From a virus (lineage: Duplodnaviria; Caudoviricetes), in the IMG/VR virus record IMGVR_UViG_3300017774_000620, positions 1 through 37,986 of that record: a stretch of 37,986 nt of DNA; one strand, given 5' to 3'. The notes beneath the pieces are model-generated. The model was given only the letters and a program-made list of their open reading frames with translations, did not search any database and had not been told where the DNA came from. Positions 33,267-37,986 of this stretch are shown here, one piece after another. Within the stretch, counting starts at the first letter, position 1; each line of letters begins with the position of its first letter. The position numbers and the translations under genes were made by a program.

Positions 33267-33589
33267 TCTGCCTCTGTTTCAGGCGTTTCAGCCAGGCTAG
33301 GGAACAGATGTTTTTGAGCGTCTTTTGTATGTTCTACCAAAGCGTCATAATCAGCCATTGTTAATTCATCTAATGACTCAAGTTTGATTGATGGCGGAAT
33401 TAAATCAAATGTCCATGACTCAACAAGCATTGCAATAAGTGCATCACCTAACGCAAGTGCTTTTGTAAGATCTCCGCCTACCGCATTGTCTGCGCTACGC
33501 ATTACATTTTTGCGATCTTTTACACGCAATGTTGATGGATCTTTTAAGGTTACTTTTGCTCCTGATGGGAGTGTTACTTCTTTAGACAT
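33233..33589 (-). CDS. Tail assembly chaperone (G)
   Basis: Between the tail tube and tape measure genes; AGGAGG RBS; slippery site near the 3' end. Confidence 0.8.
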   Translation of the reverse strand: MSKEVTLPSGAKVTLKDPSTLRVKDRKNVMRSADNAVGGDLTKALALGDALIAMLVESWTFDLIPPSIKLESLDELTMADYDALVEHTKDAQKHLFPSLAETPETEADPKAPGENSNA

Positions 33590-33627
33590 GTTGCCTCCTG
33601 TTTAGTTTGCCTTCCTAAATCATACCT

Positions 33628-33688
33628 AAAAGGAGCAAGTGGTGTGGGAGAGCGGGAAGGCAATCGCCCTCAACCACACCACCGCCCT
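33628..33688 (-). terminator. Long hairpin/terminator after the tail tube gene
   Basis: GTGGTGTGG-TT-GAGGGCG-[ATTGCCTTCC]-CGCTCTC-CCACACCAC followed by TTGCTCCTTTT. Confidence 0.6.
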
Positions 33689-33695
33689 GATCTAG

Positions 33696-34682
33696 TTATG
33701 CGTATGTGCCTGATGGCTTTGCGTTTTGCAATGTCCATTTAATAGGTGAGAAGCCGCCTGAAGAACCAGCATCAGTTGTATTTGATTGCGCATTAATGTC
33801 CACTGTGACCTGTACAAAATCTTCACCGCGTTCAATCACACCAGTGGTGTAAGCGCCCTTAGTAAGTACAGCGCGAATTTGTACAGTAGATGCGCCAGCA
33901 CCATACTGCCAGTTAAGTGCAATTTCAGGCTGTGTGTTGTTAAGGAAATTAAGCAACTGGGAGTCATTGTCCATGACAAATGTAATCTTTCCTGTAACTT
34001 CTAGCGGCCCTAAAAATACCTGGTATGGGTCTTGTGTATTTGAAATGCCATAGATAGGTGTTGCAGGGCGTGTCATGTCAATGTTGCCAGTCATAGCAGT
34101 TGATACCGCAGATCCACCAATAAAAACAGTACCGCGCCACACTGGTGTAGGTAGAACTGTTGAGAATGTAGGTGTTGGATCTGAAACAGTTTCAGACTGG
34201 AAACCAGTGGTTTTTGTATCATACTCAAGCATGCCGTCTGCGTTGAACTTCAATGAGAAGTCAGAGAACTGGCAACCAGGGTATGAGCGAACATCTACGG
34301 CATAGAAATCAGTCAATGTGTAAGAAATTGGCTGAACATCTCCGCCTGATGCAAGGCTGTTAAATAGTGAGATTGTGTGAGTAAATGGTGCAGATGCGCC
34401 AGTAGTTGCTACTGATCCTAAAACACCTGCAATGCCATAGCCCACGGTGTCTGCAAAGACTGCGCCACCAAAATCTACAGTTGAGCGGGTACGCCCTGGA
34501 ATGTAGTTGTAATTCAAAGCATTTGAGCCACGCAAACCTGTGTCATAAAGTGGATCAACAATGTCCACTGGCTTGAGGCTATCCTTCATTACTGGAATGA
34601 AGTCAGTTGGTGCTACTGCCGTACCGCGGGTTGCTTCTTTAGCAATACCTAAGTACGAGCGTACGGACTGTTGAACAGACAT
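33696..34682 (-). CDS. Major tail tube protein
   Basis: SYLGIAKE...G, SYTLTD, EVTGKIT; position upstream of the chaperone. Confidence 0.85.
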   Translation of the reverse strand: MSVQQSVRSYLGIAKEATRGTAVAPTDFIPVMKDSLKPVDIVDPLYDTGLRGSNALNYNYIPGRTRSTVDFGGAVFADTVGYGIAGVLGSVATTGASAPFTHTISLFNSLASGGDVQPISYTLTDFYAVDVRSYPGCQFSDFSLKFNADGMLEYDTKTTGFQSETVSDPTPTFSTVLPTPVWRGTVFIGGSAVSTAMTGNIDMTRPATPIYGISNTQDPYQVFLGPLEVTGKITFVMDNDSQLLNFLNNTQPEIALNWQYGAGASTVQIRAVLTKGAYTTGVIERGEDFVQVTVDINAQSNTTDAGSSGGFSPIKWTLQNAKPSGTYA

Positions 34683-34686
34683 TATT

Positions 34687-34899
34687 TCACGCTCCTAGTT
34701 TCTTGTCTGACGCGGCAGACATAGTTGTTGTTGTTTCCTTTGGTTCTGTTGGTTCTGTGACTGATGGTTTTGCGCTTGCAAGTGTTACATTTGCGGCAAC
34801 AAATCCTTCAGGTGCGTCAAACTCATCACCAGGTTTTACAGTTACCCCAACACTAGGGAACACGCGTTCATCAGTTCCATTGTATTTGTATTTCATCAT
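34687..34899 (-). CDS. Small virion-associated protein
   Basis: VTVKPGDEFDAP with a low-complexity tail; AAGGAG RBS. Confidence 0.55.
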   Translation of the reverse strand: MMKYKYNGTDERVFPSVGVTVKPGDEFDAPEGFVAANVTLASAKPSVTEPTEPKETTTTMSAASDKKLGA

Positions 34900-34904
34900 G
34901 CTCC

Positions 34905-35411
34905 TTATGCCTGGATCATCTGTGTTACAGGGAATTGTATCTCAGCAAAGATTTCTGTAACGCCTTCTTTTTCTGTAGAAGGTTCTCCATAGCGGGCCTG
35001 AATAACTGGCTCTGCTCCTTGCCATACAAGATTTCCTGTTGGATCACCAAAGTTATGATCTGACCTCAAGCGCTCCTTGATGTTATCAACGATTGTGTCA
35101 AAGTCAGTCATAACATCTTCTGCCTCTCTATGAAAAGAAATGCAGAAAATTTGAACAATTACGGTGTAATCAACACGCTTCCAACCGTTAGTTGCCCCGC
35201 CAATTGCTAGGCGTGTTTCATACTCATCAGCAATGTAAACAACAATGGCCGCTCTTGTAGCCTGGCCTGGTTCAGCATTTACCTGGTAATTAATAATCTT
35301 TGGGAAAGATGTAAAAACCTGATTAACATTGAGAATACGCGGGTTGGCTAGAAATAAAGAAAGTGTTTGGCGCACCGCGTTGCGGCCTGTAAGCGTAGGT
35401 ACGGCGGTCAT
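34905..35411 (-). CDS. Putative tail terminator
   Basis: Position upstream of the tail tube; IKERLRSD..FG pattern. Confidence 0.6.
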   Translation of the reverse strand: MTAVPTLTGRNAVRQTLSLFLANPRILNVNQVFTSFPKIINYQVNAEPGQATRAAIVVYIADEYETRLAIGGATNGWKRVDYTVIVQIFCISFHREAEDVMTDFDTIVDNIKERLRSDHNFGDPTGNLVWQGAEPVIQARYGEPSTEKEGVTEIFAEIQFPVTQMIQA

Positions 35412-36304
35412 TATCTGATCCTGCGGTATTTGTTCACCATGTCTAAGGCAACGGCTATGTCACTACCATAGCGAACAGACCCAGGAATGTTGCCCGCAGG
35501 TGAGGTTGTGTAAGCCATAGTAGTTGAAGCATCACCACGCATTTTAATAAATGCGGTTGTAATTAAAATACATGCTTGTTTTAGAACAGTTGGCAGATTG
35601 CTAAATGTTGCGCCAACACCATGAGCAAACAACATAGGAGAAACTAAAGGAACTGTTGTTGATCCGTATGTGTAAGTGCTTGCCACCGTTACGCGTTCAG
35701 TTCTTTGGCCATCAAAAATGCGGTATTGCTCGCCTGGCAAAATGCCTACTCCACTGGCTACTGTTAAAGTTGATGCGCCTACATTTGTAGCAACTGCAAT
35801 TTCTGTGTTGGTAAATCCTGCAATGTATGTGTACTTTGTAAATGTCCAATTGCTTCCGCTGATAGATCCGCCAAATTGCAACGGGCCTTGAGAAGTAAAG
35901 TTAAACCCAATTTGATTGCCAGGGATAATAATTTGTTGCCCTTCAAACCACGCTATTGAGCAATCCTGTAATTCATTTAATTGATTTGGGTTTGCCCCAT
36001 AATAAAATGCTGAAAGAGAAACAATAGGCGTGTTGTTTGGGTGTAATGCGTAGTACCCGCCTGATGCTGAGTAGCGTATGCGTTGTGTTTCTGTGTATTG
36101 AGTTGCCACTAAATTTTGGTTTAGGTATTCATTCATGTATGAAGAAGCGCGCAAAATAACTTCTCCCAGTTCTGCGTCTTGAGCCGCCGCGTTACCGCCT
36201 ACAACCAACATGTCAAAGTTAATTGCGGTTGGCGCGTTCTTGTATTCAGCCACACTGATGTATGGGTTCTCACCACTAATGTCAGGCGTGATACCTACGG
36301 CCAT
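35411..36304 (-). CDS. Head-tail adaptor with inserted beta domain
   Basis: PYISVAEYK...ILRASS...YTYIAGF [insert] LPTVLKQAC...YRRIR. Confidence 0.7.
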   Translation of the reverse strand: MAVGITPDISGENPYISVAEYKNAPTAINFDMLVVGGNAAAQDAELGEVILRASSYMNEYLNQNLVATQYTETQRIRYSASGGYYALHPNNTPIVSLSAFYYGANPNQLNELQDCSIAWFEGQQIIIPGNQIGFNFTSQGPLQFGGSISGSNWTFTKYTYIAGFTNTEIAVATNVGASTLTVASGVGILPGEQYRIFDGQRTERVTVASTYTYGSTTVPLVSPMLFAHGVGATFSNLPTVLKQACILITTAFIKMRGDASTTMAYTTSPAGNIPGSVRYGSDIAVALDMVNKYRRIR

Positions 36305-36307
36305 TTT

Positions 36308-36583
36308 TTATTCTCCATCTCGCGGTATGTCTTGTGACTCAGTTCCGCAACGCCCACACTTGCGAAACCAACCCTCAAAGCCACATTCTACGCAACTAAA
36401 TCCGCGCTTGCGGTCATCACTAGAAATTGGATTAAGTGATGCTTCAAAAAATCCTTCAGCCTTCATTGCCTTCTGATGCGATTTATTTTCTACATTGTAA
36501 ATACCCTGGCGATCCGTAAAGTAACTTTTGCCGTCAATAACAGTTTCTTTTACACCCCTGTCAGGTGCTACCCATCTAGCCAT
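36308..36583 (-). CDS. Protein with C-terminal double Zn ribbon
   Basis: CVECGF...CGRCG; AGGAGG RBS. Confidence 0.65.
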   Translation of the reverse strand: MARWVAPDRGVKETVIDGKSYFTDRQGIYNVENKSHQKAMKAEGFFEASLNPISSDDRKRGFSCVECGFEGWFRKCGRCGTESQDIPRDGE

Positions 36584-36601
36584 TTTGCCTCCTAGTTAAT
36601 T

Positions 36602-36631
36602 GAGAAAGGGTGCGGCTTTTACACCGCACCC
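36602..36631 (-). terminator. Terminator after the capsid operon
   Basis: GGGTGCGG-TGTAAAAG-CCGCACCC-TTTCTC. Confidence 0.7.
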
Positions 36632-36651
36632 CTCCCTTCATTATTCAATTG

Positions 36652-36765
36652 TTATTCTGTGATTATTTCAGCCGTAGTCATGTGTGATGGAGTGCCGTCA
36701 GGTAATACAATCTGACCTCCGCCATGACTATTTGTTGGCTGGTTACAACCACATTCTAAACACAT
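36652..36765 (-). CDS. 37-aa MCxxCGC microprotein
   Basis: MCLECGCNQPTNSHGGGQIVLPDGTPSHMTTAEIITE; TAATG-coupled to the capsid stop codon. Confidence 0.6.
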   Translation of the reverse strand: MCLECGCNQPTNSHGGGQIVLPDGTPSHMTTAEIITE

Positions 36766-37985
36766 TACGCTGTTTGAATTCCTGAAACTGCGCCGTTCCA
36801 TGCAGGAGCGGTGCAGAAGAAAGTTCCGCGGAAGTATGTTGAGAAGTCATAAGTGAACTGAGTTACTGGCCACTGGATACCCATGTAGTCCTGTACCAAG
36901 AAGTTCGCCCATACATCAGATACCTGTGTATCAGGAATTGGCAGTGTCCATGAAAGAACAGGTGCAACACCTGAGTTCAACCAGGGGTGAACCATAAGAT
37001 CCACGGCCTTACCAGTAACTTCATTCTGAAGTCCTGTCACGATTGAACCGTATGTTGTGCCTTGCTCACCTGGGTTGTTAATTACCAAACGGTAGTTAGC
37101 AGTTGAGCCATTCTTGATTGCATCAGATAGTTGCTTACGATCATTACCGTTCAAAAGAACAATGTCAGGATCAGCCTTTACATTCTGATAGAGATTAGCA
37201 AAAACAGTTTGGAATTCTACACCTGGGTTAGCAGTTGAGAACGCGCTGTTGATTGCGTTGTTAAAGCCAGTGTTAGGCCCTAGAACTGTTGGAAGAATTC
37301 CGTCATAACCAGTTGCATAAGCAGATGTGTCTGCGTTAGCGCGTGATGCGGCTGCTCCTGTTGTAGAGAACGCAAAGTTATTTGCAGGAAGGTTAGTTGC
37401 AGAAGCGCCCTGAATGATTACAGTTAATCCGCCCTTTACTGTTCCTTGTAACTTACAGTTTGCTGTTCCTGTTGCAGTTCCAACATACACATTGTAACCA
37501 AGTGCGCCAACTGAACCTGTGAAGGAAACAGAAAGAACATCACCTGAAGCAACTGTTTCTGATGCAACGGCTGAGACAATTGACTCACCAAAACCGTTAG
37601 CAGAAATACCTGCGTCTGCGGTGATGTAGATGTAGTAAGTGCCTGCCGCTAGTGCAGTCTGTGAACCTGAAGCCGCTGGTGATGATGCAACAAGTGCTGT
37701 TGGAGCGGCAATCGCTCCTGAGTAACCTGAAGCAGTACCGCGAGCCATTAGCATCATGCGTTCTTCCATAAGCATTGTTGCGTATAGAGTTGAAGTTGAT
37801 GATAGTTGGCGGAGATCCTGATAACCCATACCTGAGAAGTTTGCATCAAATGAAACCTGATCAGATAGTGAGTATGAGTTGTAAGGCAGAATTAAGTCAT
37901 CTGCGGTGTATGAAATCTGTGGGCCACGGATTAACTCAAGTGGAGTAGAACCGCCACCTGCAAAGTTGTTCTGTGTGCTTTCAGA
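36765..37985 (-). CDS. Major capsid protein (5'-partial) with Ig/Fn3-like insertion
   Basis: Frame open to the window end; EERMML, YDGIL, LMVHPWL and APAWNGAVSGI are HK97-fold-like motifs; followed by a terminator and neck genes. Confidence 0.75.
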   Translation of the reverse strand, partial: SESTQNNFAGGGSTPLELIRGPQISYTADDLILPYNSYSLSDQVSFDANFSGMGYQDLRQLSSTSTLYATMLMEERMMLMARGTASGYSGAIAAPTALVASSPAASGSQTALAAGTYYIYITADAGISANGFGESIVSAVASETVASGDVLSVSFTGSVGALGYNVYVGTATGTANCKLQGTVKGGLTVIIQGASATNLPANNFAFSTTGAAASRANADTSAYATGYDGILPTVLGPNTGFNNAINSAFSTANPGVEFQTVFANLYQNVKADPDIVLLNGNDRKQLSDAIKNGSTANYRLVINNPGEQGTTYGSIVTGLQNEVTGKAVDLMVHPWLNSGVAPVLSWTLPIPDTQVSDVWANFLVQDYMGIQWPVTQFTYDFSTYFRGTFFCTAPAWNGAVSGIQTA

Positions 37986-37986
37986 A

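Overview
Near-complete (~38 kb) genome of a siphovirus-type tailed phage, circularly permuted inside the head module. The window starts within a prohead protease/scaffold ORF and ends within the major capsid gene, both open at the edges. A WhiB gene, a ReqiPepy6-gp37-like tail protein and an actinophage-type small terminase point to an actinobacterial host; the low GC suggests a freshwater lineage (inference). Almost all genes are on the minus strand: capsid, neck, tail, tape measure, adhesins, lysis, phosphoesterase cluster, recombination/replication genes (SSAP, Cas4-like nuclease, WhiB, initiator, RusA), a microprotein array, transglycosylase, HNH, SSB, terminase, collagen-like fibre, portal, MuF and protease. 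No integrase, DNA polymerase, tRNA or CRISPR array was seen. Highlights: (1) a MuF-ADP-ribosyltransferase fusion with no obvious immunity gene; (2) an inverted GH130-like/TPR/FkbM cassette beside a proline-poor collagen fibre; (3) a C-terminal domain shared by the collagen fibre and the tail fibre; (4) a multi-domain protease ORF with three nested starts; (5) a long hairpin whose loop is complementary to the downstream RBS region; (6) apparent genome-wide absence of ATAT, AGCT, ACGT, CCGG and TCGA. All family calls come from motif recognition by eye, not database searches.
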